Shown here piece by piece: positions 39,946 through 53,981 of a stretch of 64,000 bases of DNA. Location: positions 496,001 to 560,000 of the forward strand of contig NC_090603.1 in assembly GCF_000497125.1 (NCBI RefSeq), given 5' to 3'. This DNA comes from Spironucleus salmonicida (taxonomy: Eukaryota). Each line of letters starts with the position of its first letter. Within the stretch, counting starts at the first letter, position 1. The notes beneath the pieces were generated by a model. The model made no database searches and was not told the DNA's origin. It saw nothing but the letters and a program-made list of their open reading frames with translations. The position numbers and the translations under genes were made by a program.

Positions 39946-40515
39946 ATGACCATTTCTAATTCCAGTCCTCCTTTAATGTCCAACTGTTCATCCTCAGCAG
40001 ATGAAGCGATCCCATTATGTATAGTCAATGATGACCCATCTTAGATATCATCTCCGTTAATTCCTCTGTTACTACATTCTGCTATTAGAAATAATGCTAC
40101 CAAAATTATTGAATACCTTCTTGTCAATAACCTTATCAAGGATAACCAAGAAGTTGATTCTAATAATACATCTGCACTCATGTTAGCTGTATAATATCAA
40201 TAATTTCACCTCATTAACCATCTTACTTCAACAATTTCCTTATAAGATAATAGCGGAACCACAGCTCTTATGAGAGCAGTCGAATTTGACTTTTAGGACG
40301 TATTTACTCCATTATTAGCTGAAATTTCAATACAAGATAACGCTGGTATCACTGCTCTTATGATTTCAGCAATGAATGGAAACGCTTCCTGGTTTCCAAA
40401 GTTGATACAAGAAGTTGATATTTTAGACAACGATCAGATGAGTGTTTTCTAAATCTGCAAAATGCGTGGAACCGAAGATCTCGTTAAACAGCTCCAAAAT
40501 TTGCAGGAAAAGTGA
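39946..40515 (+). CDS. Ankyrin repeat protein
   Basis: DSNNTSALMLAV, DNSGTTALMRAV, DNAGITALMISA repeats. Ends AAG-TGA. Confidence 0.85.
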
Positions 40516-40525
40516 GAAAAAAGCA

Positions 40526-42412
40526 TCATTTTATACTTTATGCTATAGCATGAAACTCCAAAATTTTTTTGACAGTATCAAAAATTTATGGCGTTTCTAA
40601 AAAGCCTATGATTATATAGATACAGTCTTGTGGGTTTTATATTGTAAACGGTAGCGAAAAATTAACTGCTTTATTATAAGAATTATGGAATGTTGGCAGG
40701 TCAAAATCAACAAGAGAAATTGTTACTTGAAGAGCATGTGCAGCAGAATAAATTAACTCATATGACTCTTAAAAATATATATAATACATTAATATAACGA
40801 ATACACGAAGTGCTTTTTTGATCTAGTTTTATTCTTTTTCTATTAAATATTTATTTTTAAGCAAAAATCGTCTATATTCTATATCTTGCCATTCTTTAAG
40901 CGATAAATCTTATGTTTAATTTATTAAATTCATAGTTTACATGAAATCTTGAATAGATATCGAGTTTCTAAGCTTCATAAACGATTAAAAATTGAATGAT
41001 GAGATTTTCTTAAGTAAATCATCTCTGATTGTCGAATATGTCTATAATGCTTCTAAATCATTGATAATATCTAAAAGATTTATATAATCTAGTTGGGAAA
41101 TATTAAGGTTCTGCTCGGACTTAGCTAGTTGAAGTTTTTCCAAAAGAGATTTTCGCTTAGGCAAGCTTTATTGCAATAAAATCTCTTTCTCTTCTTCTTA
41201 TTACTTAATGCGTTATTATTCTAGTTTCTTTTCTTGGTATAGTTAACGAATAGATTTTTTAGGAGCATCTGTCATTTCTGAATCTGTTATTAAATTAATA
41301 GATTACTAGTTACTTTAGATTTGAGCTTTTTCTGCTAACGTTGTACTTTCTTCGCTAAGATTCATAACATTAATTGGTGCAGTTTAAATCTAGTCCTAAG
41401 TTTCATGGTTGGTTATAATTGGTATAAGGGCTTCTGATTATGGTACTTATTCTATTGTTGATTTTTACCAATCCATCGGTATGTTTGAAATATCTGATTT
41501 TCTAAGATGTTTTGTATCTTTTTTTGTGCAATCTTTTTTCATATTTTTGGAATTATCTTAAGGAGTATGTTATTTAACATTTAAACAAGATTTAGTTTAC
41601 TATTCAGTATCTCTATTCATTATTCTATCAAAATTAAGCTGAAAATTCGAAAAACTAGTAAATTCAACAAAATCAACTGTGCTACTATAGTGATCATTGA
41701 GTTTATCCTGGGACTTAGTCTAGTTAAGAATTGCATCGAGCTGATCGCTAGTTGGAAGGCATGGAAAATTGAATTTTTTAGTTTCCAAGCTATGTTTCTT
41801 GAAAAACCTTATCAGTTCAATATTGCCTTGAAAAATATCCATATTCTTCAAAAACTTGCCGCCTAGCAAAGCAGCCGAGGACAGTACCTGCCGGCACTTC
41901 GAATTCTCAAGTCGACTGTTAAATTTTTCGGATTTAGAAACTGCCAACTTGATATTTTTGGCAATGGACTCCTGCGCCTGGGCCATGTCATTTAGAACAA
42001 TTTCGCACGGCTGCTGCATAATAAATTCATCAAAAATTGCAGAGTCGACTACGACCTCTTTATTCCACGTGAATTCGTCGTCCTGGTTGCCGTACAATGT
42101 ACTGTATGCATGGCCGTCTATCTGCACCGCACATTGAATATGCTGCTGCAGGCACGATTCGGTGCTGACCGGATCGATGGGCTTGAGGACCAACACTGAC
42201 GATGAATTCAGTGGTTTGCTGGACTTGATTTGGAATGTGCTGAGCTGCATCAAATACTGAAATGAGCGCGTCATCTCGGAGCAATCTGCCTACTTTCCGT
42301 ACGTTACTTTTGCCAGAGAATTGATCTGCTTACAAAAAAATTTTTTCGTCGATTCTTTTTGCCCTAGGTCATGTTCTCGCAAGAATACAAGTTAATCATT
42401 TTTAAGTGACAT
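40526..42412 (-). CDS. Hypothetical protein (~628 aa) with charged coiled-coil-like segment
   Basis: Includes track ORF 41720-42274 in frame. C-terminal part read to TGA at 40526. Confidence 0.7.
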
Positions 42413-42644
42413 TAATTGTGGAGTGAAAATTAAATGCAACTAAAATATATAATAGTATATAAAAATAAAAATATATATAAAAATTCGATGTAGTTCTGCT
42501 AAAGTTAGAAGAACAGTAGACTATATGGCTTGTTTTTTTTCATTATTAAGAGGAGGTTTCACGGGTATTTTTTAATAATTTTCAGCGAAATTGTATATAA
42601 TTATTATATAAAATAAAAGATAATATTTTATAAACACCTCTAAA

Positions 42645-43289
42645 ATGACTCAATTTTTATAATAACTTAATCCTTATAATAATTCTAAAGTATCTGATGG
42701 TACCACCTTAATTGCAATTAAATGTGTAGATGGGGTTGTTCTCTCTGCCGATACTCGTACTTCTTCAGATATTCGCATAGAAAATCGTGTTTCCCGTAAA
42801 TTAGAACATATCACAGATTAAATTATGGTAGGTTGCTCAGGTTCTGCAGCGGATACGCGTGCATTATGTAGAATTTTAAGGAACCATATATACGAACATG
42901 AGTTATAAATTGGACAAAAGTGCGCTATCAAAACTGCAGCCAATTTACTGGCAAAAATGAACTTTTAATATAGGGCTTAACTTCTAGCAGGACTACTAGT
43001 TTGTGGTGTAGATAGCACTGGATACCACGTTTTTAAAGTTATGCCTGGTGGAACTTTTATTGAAGAGAATATGCTCATGAGTGGATCTGGTAGTACGTAT
43101 GTTTATGCACTCGCAGACGAGTTATATAATGATAGCTTGACGATGGAGCAGGGAGTTGCTGTTTGCAAGAAGCTTCTTCGCTATGCTGGTAAATTTGATG
43201 GTAGTAGTGGTGGTTTAATGAGATGGGTTAAAATCGGGGCTAATGGTAGCGACTATTTCGAGGAGGATAATATGGAAGTTATGTTCTGA
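42645..43289 (+). CDS. PSMB6: 20S proteasome subunit beta1 (beta type-6)
   Basis: Propeptide then G-TTLIAI, ADTRTS, NRVSRKL, SGSAADT, SGSGSTYVYA, DGSSGG. Confidence 0.9.
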
Positions 43290-43771
43290 TTTATACTATA
43301 TTTAATAATATATTTAGATAAAAAATCGTTTTGAATGCTCTCCTAAAACTTTATGCTTAAATTTTATATATTCATTAAAATTGATTATTCATATACAAAA
43401 CTATAAATAGAGTTTAGTTATAGAGATTAATGATATTAAAATTACGATACAGATTAGTATATATTTCAATGTGTTTAATTTGAATAAATTATTTCTCTCA
43501 TAAAATAATTGTAAATATCATTAAAATTCATCCCTGTCATTTTATCAATAGTATTAGATTTTGAAAGTTAAAAACATTATTCTATTACTAGTTGGTAAAA
43601 GTACTAAAACTTATATCACATGATTATTTAGATAAATTCAATTAGATTTTTAATTTGCTATCTTTTAACGATATTCAAAATCATAATTAAAAATTTGGCT
43701 TTTAGATTATTTTACTGAATTAATAATGTATTTTTGTAATTATTACATTTTTATTGAAATAAGTCTATACA

Positions 43772-44647
43772 TCACCTCTTAAGTTTCTTTATGAAGTAGT
43801 AAGCTAACCCACCACCAATAACACCCACTACTACTAAAGAAGCTATCACAATTCCTGCAATAGCACCTCCTGAAAAATTAGTGCTACCTCCTTACGATTC
43901 TATTTTTAAACATATTCCATTTAATTCATCATAACCATTTGCGCAGTTGCTACAATCACCGCTATCGTTAATCATATAGTTAACTAGACAATTAGAACAC
44001 TATGTATTATCCCTATCGCATTAAGTACAATGACCATTGCCTGAACAATTACATTCTGAGCTAGAGTTTGAACTGCAGGCTGTGGGAGTGCCATCTAGGC
44101 AATAATTACCATCAGTGATCCCCTTACATTCGACCGTACATTTTCCTTCTACTGTTCTCACAGAATTTGCACTGCTTCGCTTACACTCCAAGTAAAAGCT
44201 GTCCGATGTGCACATAGAACAATCGTTTGAGCAAGGTTTGCAGTGTCTACTTATAGGGTCACAGTAACCATCTCTATGAAAAATGGAATCTCTATTGATT
44301 GAACAAGATCTCACACAGGTATTAGTAGTAGGCTCTATAATAAAGCCTTTACTACAGGATGTACATTTTATTGCTGATTCAGCACAAGTAACACAATTGC
44401 CTTCACATATTTTACAAGTTTCATCATTGTCTAAAAAATAATTATTTATGCAAACAGAGCATTTTCCTGCATCACATTTTTAGCAATTTTTAGTAGACAC
44501 ATTCTCCACACAATTGCAGCCATAACCAGTAATGATTACGTTATCAGCACATGGTTTACATTGAACTACTTAGGCATCCCTTGTGGGTCAGTATGTATCA
44601 ACCGCACACTTGTTTTATCCTTCCTAGCATTGTCCACTTGTCTTCAT
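43772..44647 (-). pseudogene. CXXC-rich cysteine-rich membrane protein (KKLKR tail) with in-frame TGA at codon 20
   Basis: Multiple CxxC motifs, [28 protein letters not shown], tail KKLKR. TGA at 44588-44590 in D-T-Y-*-P-T. Confidence 0.75.
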
Positions 44648-45072
44648 TTAAATATTGAGGTAATAATCTAATTAAATTAATATCATCTTCTGGAAAAATA
44701 TAATTTAAAATGGAGATTTAAATTAATTATGAAATATTTATAGCAATTATAACAACTGAAATTGGTTACACTTTCTATATATTGATTTACTTATTTATAT
44801 AATAATTATATATTAATGATCAAACTTTAAAAAATATAATTCTATTAATTATAAATACAGCATTGTTGAAATACAATATTAGCTTTTAGCTTATATTACA
44901 TTATTATAGTTTAGGAATTCTGATCAATGTGAACAACATAATATTATTTTTCTATTCATAACAGTATACTACATTTATTTTTTCAGATAGTAAATATTTA
45001 TCACTTGTTTTAAAACCAAATATATCTGACATCAAATTTGTTAGATATCATAACTATTAATATTTGTAAAAT

Positions 45073-45408
45073 TCATGTACAGGGTTATAATGTAATATGA
45101 TATTAAAAAACTTAATAACTTCGAATTATCTATATGTATTCAATATTACTTTTTAAGCCTGGTAGAGCATCAAAAGTTGTAGGATTTATCTAGAAGCAAT
45201 AAGCTGATAAGTATATAAACTTACTCAACTATCTTTCACTTTTATATAGATACATCAAACATACTTACATATGAATTTATTCCAAAATTTACTTTACCTC
45301 ACAGTCTTTCATATTTTGTTCAAGTTTCTAAATAAACTAATATTTATTCTATTATATAGGTTAGGTTTTTGCTTTTTATTTCGTTGATCTATAGTGAATG
45401 AGTTGCAT
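45073..45408 (-). CDS. Possible hypothetical protein (~111 aa)
   Basis: Open frame MQLIHYRS...LQPCT only, no motifs. Could be a chance ORF. Confidence 0.25.
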
Positions 45409-47127
45409 AATTTTGAATAAAGGTTAACGTAATGTGTCTACTTTATTAATATAGAAATATAATTTTTTACTACTGGGTAAAGTTTTATCCTAATGTGGGG
45501 ATCTAGCGCCTGGCAATGTTATTAAATATAATTTTGTAATCTAACTTATTCCTGTGTTATAAAGTTTAAATATTCTATTTATCATCTAGAGTTAATATAC
45601 TAAATAACCTAAAATTATTTTTAATGATTAATGACTAATTATTTATGATACATTTTATTAACATGTAAAGATAACTCTTATTCAAATTATTCAGTAAAAT
45701 GCGCTTAATTATAATATAAAGACAAAGTCTTTTACTATAAAAACGAAAATTTTATAGAATCTACACTTCTTTCGCATTCAGAATAAACTGTTAGACTCTG
45801 TTAGTATCCTCAATATATATCTTGCAACCTAGTAAAGAGAATCTATTAGTTAAAAATAATTAGTTTAATATGATATTATTAACAGAAACATTAGATTCAC
45901 GTTTATTTATTGGATAATATCTAACTCTAATATATTTTCTTTAGTAAAGACTTTAAACATCAATATAAATAATTAGCTTTTACATTTGTTCTATAGGTAA
46001 TTTGAAAAATCTTATCTTAACTAGAAACTGCAATGAAATATAAATAAAAAGAAATGCAAACTTATTAATATTAAGATAATAAGTCTTTTAGTACAAATAT
46101 TGTATTAAGTAAAATATTAGCGAGAACCTTCAATTGTACTAACTGGAATGAGGTCTTCATCCATAAATTTGTTTAAAGATTTTGTTCATAGTATCACTAA
46201 GAAGGATATTTATCATCTGAAAATATTATAGATTACTCTATTTTATGTTGATACTAGCCTAACTTAATGAACTAGAATTGTTGTGCAGGTTTATTTAATG
46301 TAAATAAATATTACGATTCCATATTAGGAAATACTATAATTTTAATTAAATACACAATAATTTTAAATATTTAGTGCCAATTTTGGATGTTAAGATCATA
46401 TATTTAGTTAATTTTTTAAACGTATTTTATTATTTTACATAATTTTTACTATTTTCATCAAATAAAAATGATGGGATTCACTTATAATGTAATATTATAT
46501 ATTATAGTATAGTTGGATATAGGTTGTATATATAAGAACAAATAATAATACTTTTAAACCCAAATAATCTAATTTATTTTTGTTGTAATATTTTTCATGG
46601 GTGTAAGTTTTTCTAAATTATTTAATTAACACTAGAAGCGAATAACTGAAGAAACCTTATAATAATGTCTACTATCCATTTTATCCTAGAATAAATGATG
46701 TATTATAAAATTTACATAATCCCTAAATAATAACATTTACTGTATTAGTAAAAGTTTAGCTTTAGCATTAAGTATTTATAGCATAATTTAATTTAAACTT
46801 AACTAAAATAAATTTATTTTCTTATATACTTATAATTGAATAATATCTCTATAATAATAGAATCTGCAAGCTTAAATTTAAACAATTATTTCTTGTTACA
46901 ATACTTAAATATGCTATCCTAATTCATCAGTATTCAACTTATTCGACTAGTCTATTACATAATAGTGAATTCTTCAAATATGGTATAGTTAGAAATAGAA
47001 ATAGATACTAATTTATTATTCTTATATAAATTAAATTATTTATAACTAACTCTATATTTACTATTAATTTTATGCAATAATTCATATTGCATTTTCTAAA
47101 AAATAGAGATTCAACGAATAATAACGC

Positions 47128-47601
47128 TCACAGCAGTTTCAACCCACCGCAGACTTCGTCAATTTTCTCTACTTCCGCGATACCTATCCAGCCGATTTTC
47201 CCATCGATTTGACCACATAGTAATTTTTTTTATGACGCTTCATTCAGGAGTAACTAGACGTGCTCAAAATCTGTAACTTTAAGAGCGATTTTGGCCTCGC
47301 CGCGGGACTTCCAAAATGCTACTTACTCGTTATTTTGGGACAATGCCTAAATAACGGCGGCTGATGCAAGCTTGAAAAGCTGTGACTTCGACAATGCCAG
47401 TGATGTGGGCACTAGGAAAACTAGTTTGAAGCGCTGGGATTTTGAGGGTGCGTAGAGTGCAGGTTGCGAGATCGGTAGCTGCACATGTTGCTGAGGCGCA
47501 TCAGTTTGCTATATTTTTGGATTAATTATAATGATAGCGATTTACTGCGTTATGAGCATCGTCACGACCCACTGAAATAACGCTTGTAAAACTTTGACCA
47601 T
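47128..47601 (-). CDS. PTH2: Peptidyl-tRNA hydrolase 2 (PTH2) family protein, divergent
   Basis: FKLVFLV..L.LSK, W..RGEAKIALKV, KIDEVCGGLKLL C-terminus typical of PTH2; hydrophobic N-terminus. Not in the ORF track. Confidence 0.75.
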
Positions 47602-47672
47602 TAGAAGTGAAAATATTTTATTTATTATAAATATATAATACTATATTTTTATACCTTCTCCATTTCACTAAA

Positions 47673-49490
47673 ATGAACCCAATTTTTTTAAACATGAAGA
47701 TCTCCGACATTCAACCAGAACAGGGCCTGGCAACCAAATTTACATTTTCTGGCAACTTAGCCACCCTTACCATCGATGAGTTGACCACTGCGATCAAGCT
47801 GTGGAGCAAACGCCTCCAAACGATTAATTCGGCCCTGAAAAGCCTCAATTCGAAGCTACCGGACCCGACAGTACCGCCACACATAGCAGCCTTCACTACA
47901 GAACGCGATCTGCTGCACACATCCTTCGAAGCCGCCATCGCAGCCCGAATCCGCGGCCTGACGGCTTTCGCAGACCCATCTGTGCCGTTTTCGCAGCTCG
48001 TGGCGCTCTCTATCCAGCTGAACAACTCGAATTTCCCTCGCTTTCCGCTCCACAATTTGCTTGTGCCCTTCTACTTGAAATTCTGCAAGAACGCCGACAG
48101 GGTGCTCTTCGCGTCCTTCGCGGACGCGATTGCGCACGCGGAGACGTACAGCGCCGTCAGAGATATCCCATAGGCGGACCACTGGCAACTGTCAGGCGCA
48201 GGCGCGGCGTTGTACGCGTGCGGGGGAGCGTCATTCGGTGCCGTTCTGGACGACCTGCTGCGGCGGCTCGAAAGCGAAGAAATTGAAGCGGAAAACTATA
48301 AATTCGTCACGGCGCTCGCGGAGCAGCTCAAGATGTTCAAACGCGAGGAGGTGGATTTGGAGCGTTTGGCGCAGGTCGTGGAGGCCGTACATGCGCAGTT
48401 TCGACGCATAAAGACACACTAAAACGTGTACATTTACCTGTTTGACCGGCCTGAGAACTTCGCAATGTAGGTGCAGACACCACTTTTGGACCTGTTCCAC
48501 CAGGCCAGCTGGAGTGCAATTTCGGCACTTTTCAGGCTCATCGGTATGGGCGGGAATGTCGCGTTTTTCGGCGTTGTCTTAAGCTGCTATCACGCAGATT
48601 CGCTGATGAATTTTGAGCGAGGAATGATAAGCTGTCTGACATAAAATTAAAATTTAATTCCAATTGTAATTCAATTTTTCACTATAAATTTCAAAAATGA
48701 GCAATTGCCTATTTAGAGGCGTTGTGGGTGCGTTCCGTACGTGTTTAGTGCGATTTGGCGTGTGATTGTCAAATTAGACCAAATCTAACTGATTTAAGGC
48801 CATATTGATGCGTTAAAAGCCATAAATTCGATTCCTGCGAAATTCGCGCTAAGGAGCCTTTTTAGGGAAAAATTGGTCAACTAAAAAGGCAAACGAGCAG
48901 TTTCTAAGGGCCAGTATATCGATATAATTTTGTATGCTATCGAAAGCTGCGGCAGTGATTATTTAGAGCGAAATGCGAGTTTCTAGTTGTTTTCGTGCTC
49001 AGTTCAGCAGCTTTTCACGCATTTTTCAGTCCATTTCAAGGATTTGAGCGATTTAGATTAGTAGAAACTGCTAGAAATGTTATGTCAAGCCGAACAGAAG
49101 CAATTGCTAAGTTTGGCATTCTTAAGCTATCTGAAACCTTCCCAGAACTAAAATTTGGTTTTTTTGGATGTTTTGCAGAAAATTGAAAATGAGAGCACAA
49201 GTGTGTCTATAAAACTACTTACTGGAAGGTGTTATTAAGTGTTTTTAGGCACTAAAAATATTGGAGTAGAAAATATACTTTAATATGAATTTTCACCCGT
49301 TAAAGCTATTGCAATCCGCCAAATGCTAAGAGGTTATTAAAAGTTCAAATTAGGTAGGGGACATGGTCTGTTTAGGGAAGTTCGGGCGGAGAAAATTGAC
49401 GGAGCGTTGGCAGAAAAGATTAAAAATTGGCTTTCTGGAGGAGAGAATACTAGGGATAATCAGGCTTTGATTGACGACTTGGGAGTGTGA
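47673..49490 (+). CDS. Hypothetical helical protein (~605 aa)
   Basis: Track ORFs 47673-48173 and 48210-48422 are in frame, and the remainder reads without TGA to 49488-49490. Confidence 0.75.
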
Positions 49491-49656
49491 GTGGGGTTTG
49501 TTTTTGTGATTGATTAATATATTGCTAAGCGAATTTGGGTATTCTGATATGTTAATTAGCAGGTTTTAATTGATTACAGGTGTTTTAATAAAGCGATGTA
49601 TAATATTTTAAAATATTATTTAATTATTATATCAAAACTTACATCAAAGTATAAAA

Positions 49657-50061
49657 ATGGGCACATCCTCAAGTATATATTTTGATGACACTACTAGCGT
49701 AGCTAATCTTTAAGATACAGTTTTTGAGGCTATATAACATACTAATGACAAGAAGTAATATACTCCACTTTAACCATAAAAGTAACTTAAGCAACTAAAT
49801 TAGTATAGAAAAATTAAAATTACATCAACAATATATCCATAGCAATAACCATAAATGCAGTCCGATGTTAGTTTTACGCTATAACTGAGCTAAATTAAAG
49901 ATGAAATTTTAGAATAGATTCTAGCTGTCATTTTAGAAGAAATCAGACTTCCAAAAGAGCTTATTTTTATTAAATTACCAAATATTAGGGAACTAGTGTT
50001 TTAATTTGAAGGACATAAAGAGATAGTAGAAAAAATGCTGGTAGATGTTGGAGTGATTTGA
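49657..50061 (+). CDS. Hypothetical protein with possible N-myristoylation motif (MGTSSS)
   Basis: AAAAATG start, open frame to TGA at 50059-50061. Confidence 0.55.
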
Positions 50062-50273
50062 TTAATATTTTATAAGTTTCATCGATTTTAGATTATATTG
50101 ATTATTTCTGATAACTGATATCTACATATAATTCCCTTAAGCTTTAATAGTAATAATGTCACCACTTTAATGATCTTTTTAATTTTTAGCTTGATTTGTA
50201 TCAAAATTACTGCTGAAGAACTTTATTACTAAAAATCTAGTATTGCACTTATAACGTGAAATCTTAACATCAA

Positions 50274-52466
50274 TCACTAAACAACTTCAATGCATTCTTA
50301 TACAAAATCTCTCAACTTTTCCCCATAATCCTATTCTCTAGCGTCAAATCCGACGTTTCTTACTCCCTCACACCCCCAATACGTCCCAAAATTGGGCTAC
50401 AAGCAAAGGACAAATTTCTTTTTAGAGCCATTATTTCCACCGAAATCTACAATATCACTATGCTAAATTGCTAAATTTTTATGAAATTTGTATCTACATT
50501 CTACTAAAGTTGCAGTGCTCTGCTCTAAACACAAATCTACACTGCTGATAAATTGGCCTTTGGTAGCTTTGTTAGGAGCATACAACCCCGAAATGGGACC
50601 GGCACAAATTGATTCTGACTGTTAGTTCATCTCTTCATTAATTTCAAAAATATCTGGCTATTTGAATTAAGGCAGTGGAAGACTGGCTATTCCATACCTA
50701 ATTTCCTCATCTTCATCTTCAAAACTACTCTGACTCACAAATGCATCTTAACTAGAAAGTTCTTCGATTTTCTTTAGATATTCTTCAAAACGTTCACAGT
50801 TGTTATGTCTAGGTCTAGTCTTTAGCAACACTAAAAGATCGTTCTTTTTACCATCAACAAATCCATTTAAATGAACCATTATTTAAACACAAATAGCTCT
50901 TCTGCTAACTTAAACCTTTTCAGGAAAATCAATTATTCCTTCTAGGTCTGACTATTACACAGGTCTATTTAAAACGCCAACATGTTTTTCAATCTGAATT
51001 CTTGTCCATATTTCTTAATTTCCACATATTTTTAAATTTTAACACAAATTAACTCTCCAATAATGAATTAATTATGATGATTTTAATAATTAGTTGTAAT
51101 ATATATTTTCAACGCCAGCTATAAATCGAGAAGTTAAGTCACGTTTCTAAAGAGACTCAGAAAGTTCTGAATGTGATGATGCAGTTTAATTAGATTTTGG
51201 CATCAATACTGAACGCCCAGGAAATGCTTAAAATTCTATATCACAAAAATCGATTATTGATGAATCCGTGGTAAAAAATTAAGTAGAAAGTTGGTTAAAT
51301 GCTTAATATGATAAATTTTTCCAAAATTCGGCAGATTCTAAATCTTCAGATCCAGCTGATACTACTAAAAATTTTCTATCCACTGGCTACTGATTAGTTA
51401 AATTACTCGGTGGTGGAAATTTACTAACGGGGAATGATATATGATTAGGTAAAAAAAGATGGGGAACTTCTGTTGTTTATATAGTTTTTATAGTATCTAG
51501 AACTAACGGTAAGGGGACATACAAATCAGGTTTTTCTGGATCAAGTATTTATTATTTTTAATCTACAATATTTGGTAAATAAAGGGGTGTTGAAGCTATA
51601 ATTTCTTAAGACAAAAATGATTATACAAAATAATCTCCGTCTAATATTTTAATTTTGACATTTTATGATGACTATAGTCTCATAAGATATATTTAACAAT
51701 GGAAAGATTATAACTATATTTATCTTAAAGTAAATTAATAAGACGGGAACATATCACAGATTACACCTCCTTGTTCTGTGATTGCTGCTAATCTTGATAT
51801 GATAACATTGCAACATGCTTATGTAGCTTTATAGTCATCAGATGATACAATGGCATAACTTAAAATTCCATCAGATTATCCAACATCTGGAAAAAATACT
51901 AAACAAGTTCCACCAGTGAGTTGATTCACTTAGTTATTAATTTTTATAATTCCATCACCTTAACGCCCGATAATGCGCCCCACTGCCCAAACGGGTGCAG
52001 GAATAGCAACACAAGCAAAATTGGAAACTTTTTATTTAATTTCTTAAACCGTTTAATCTAAAATTTACTACGACGGGCATTTTATAATAAGATATGTTTT
52101 TTCTACTCTGACATATTATGCATTTTCTTTAAATACTGCTCTTCCAGCACCTTAATAAAACCTTGAAGCTCCTACTGGTAATTCTATTTGTGCTGAAAAT
52201 TACGCATTTAGTGGTTCCTTTGGTTGATAAATAGCAGGAACTGACCTTTTAAACGTGTCTCTTTTCTCTTAAATCAATTGGACTGCTTTTAAAATAGCTG
52301 CATTAGATCCTTTTATTTCAGCATAGTCTTAATCAGATTCTTTATCGAATCTAACCTTAGCTTCTGAAATTCTTCTTATATTATTGACAGTTTCACCTCT
52401 AGGCCCTATAAGATAAGGAACTTCATCTGGTGTTAAGTAAATTCGTTTCTAAGTCTATTTCTGCAT
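50274..52466 (-). CDS. KH-domain RNA-binding protein (~730 aa)
   Basis: Two KH GxxG loops: VPYLIGPRGETVNKIRR and AVGRIIGRQGDGIIKI. Frame read through to TAG-TGA. Confidence 0.82.
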
Positions 52467-52538
52467 CTAAAGAAACGAAAAAGTGGAAAGAAATCAATAC
52501 ATTTAATATATATTATATTAGGTATACTCAATAAAAAA

Positions 52539-53156
52539 TCATTATAAGTTGTCCGTAATTTTCAATATCTCCTCTATTACCTTTTATTAACGTACAATAT
52601 CATCTCTAGCATTTGCTAGTTAATTTGTTGTGTGGAGCTATAGATGATTGAGTTTATCTCGAAGTAATTAATTTTCATTTAAAATTTCCTTATTTTAAGT
52701 TGTTAACTAATATACTCTTTCAGTAGATTCGTTAAGTGCTAGTTTTAAGGCATCACAAGCTTTTAGTAGTAAATTAATGTCTTTAGAATTGTTATTAGAA
52801 TTAATAGTATTTTATAATTAATCTTGATTAGAGAGTACATATTAAAGATCGACAATTGCATTACCTCTTAATTCGTTGATTTCATCTATGCGAGAATCAA
52901 CATCAGAAGATTATATCTTAGGGCTTATATTATTTATAATAATATTTATATTTTAGAACCAAGTTTACATTGGACAGTCCTGATTAATTTTAGATTATAC
53001 TAATTATTTTAGAAGACTTACTAACTAGTTATTAATTCGTTGAGTCGATAACTATGTATCAATTTAAATAGAGTATTACTATTCTAAAAATTAGTACTCT
53101 TCTGTTACGTTACGTAATTGAGTTTAAGTTATTTATAACTGTTATTACTAATCCAT
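52539..53156 (-). CDS. Coiled-coil hypothetical protein (~205 aa)
   Basis: Gln/Glu/Leu-rich heptad-like sequence, open with TAR=Gln. Confidence 0.6.
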
Positions 53157-53687
53157 TTAGAAATGGGCGGAAAGATATATATTTTAAATTATATAATATT
53201 CAAATTATTTTAGGCTTAAAGCAACGATCATAATGTAATAATTTCAAATTAATTGCTTTTAGTCATTAGTTTAGAAGATATTACTTTTATACTACTTATC
53301 AATCAAAACCTGATAATTAGAATTTTACATATGTTATCTAGCATTTTTTGACGATAGAAAATATATACCAAGAAGAATTTTGATTATAAAATTAAATATT
53401 TATAGTTGATTGTATCATAATACATTATAAGTACAATTAATATTAATTGCTAATTAACAAGACTACTGTTTTCAAAATATTAGTTAAAAATAACGAAGTA
53501 ATAATTTTTCAAATTATCAATATTTTTGTTAGTATATTAGCTTTTTAATAAGATTATTAAGATTGCAAAAGACAGAAGGCTAGTATTTTTCATTAGTAGT
53601 TTCAAAATAATTACGGATTTACTTTTATACTATTAAATTAATTTACAATATAATATTGATTATTTACTGATTAAAAGCCACTTCACA

Positions 53688-53981
53688 ATGTCAGAGGAAC
53701 ACTCTACTGTTTTTTACCCACGTTATTTTTCTATTTCTTCTACCAAATTTGAAGGAAGAAGACTTCCAAAATCATTATGCATTGAAAAGCCAACAATTAC
53801 TGAAATTGCAAACGCATTAAAATAATTAAATATTGAGGTTACAGAAAATCCGAAAAAACGCTATCCACGTTCAGCCGTAGAAGCTTGGGATATTGGAAGC
53901 GTATCATTTTAGAGTTAGGAAAACAAAATTGTGTTACTAAAATAAGTAGGTGCAATTTTACTTAAGACTAGAAAGGCATGA
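53688..53981 (+). CDS. SRP19: Signal recognition particle 19 kDa protein
   Basis: FYPRYF..TKFEGRRLPKSLCIEKPTITEI, KRYPR motifs. 97 aa. Confidence 0.9.

Noticed and set aside
43640..43690. Weak SECIS-like stem (minus strand ATGA...AAAA loop) downstream of the TGA-containing CRMP
   Set aside because: The 3' GA of the non-Watson-Crick quartet is missing and pairing is poor in very AT-rich sequence.
47072..47494. Plus-strand ORF fragments with internal TGAs (possible selenoprotein)
   Set aside because: Antisense shadow of the minus-strand PTH2-like gene.
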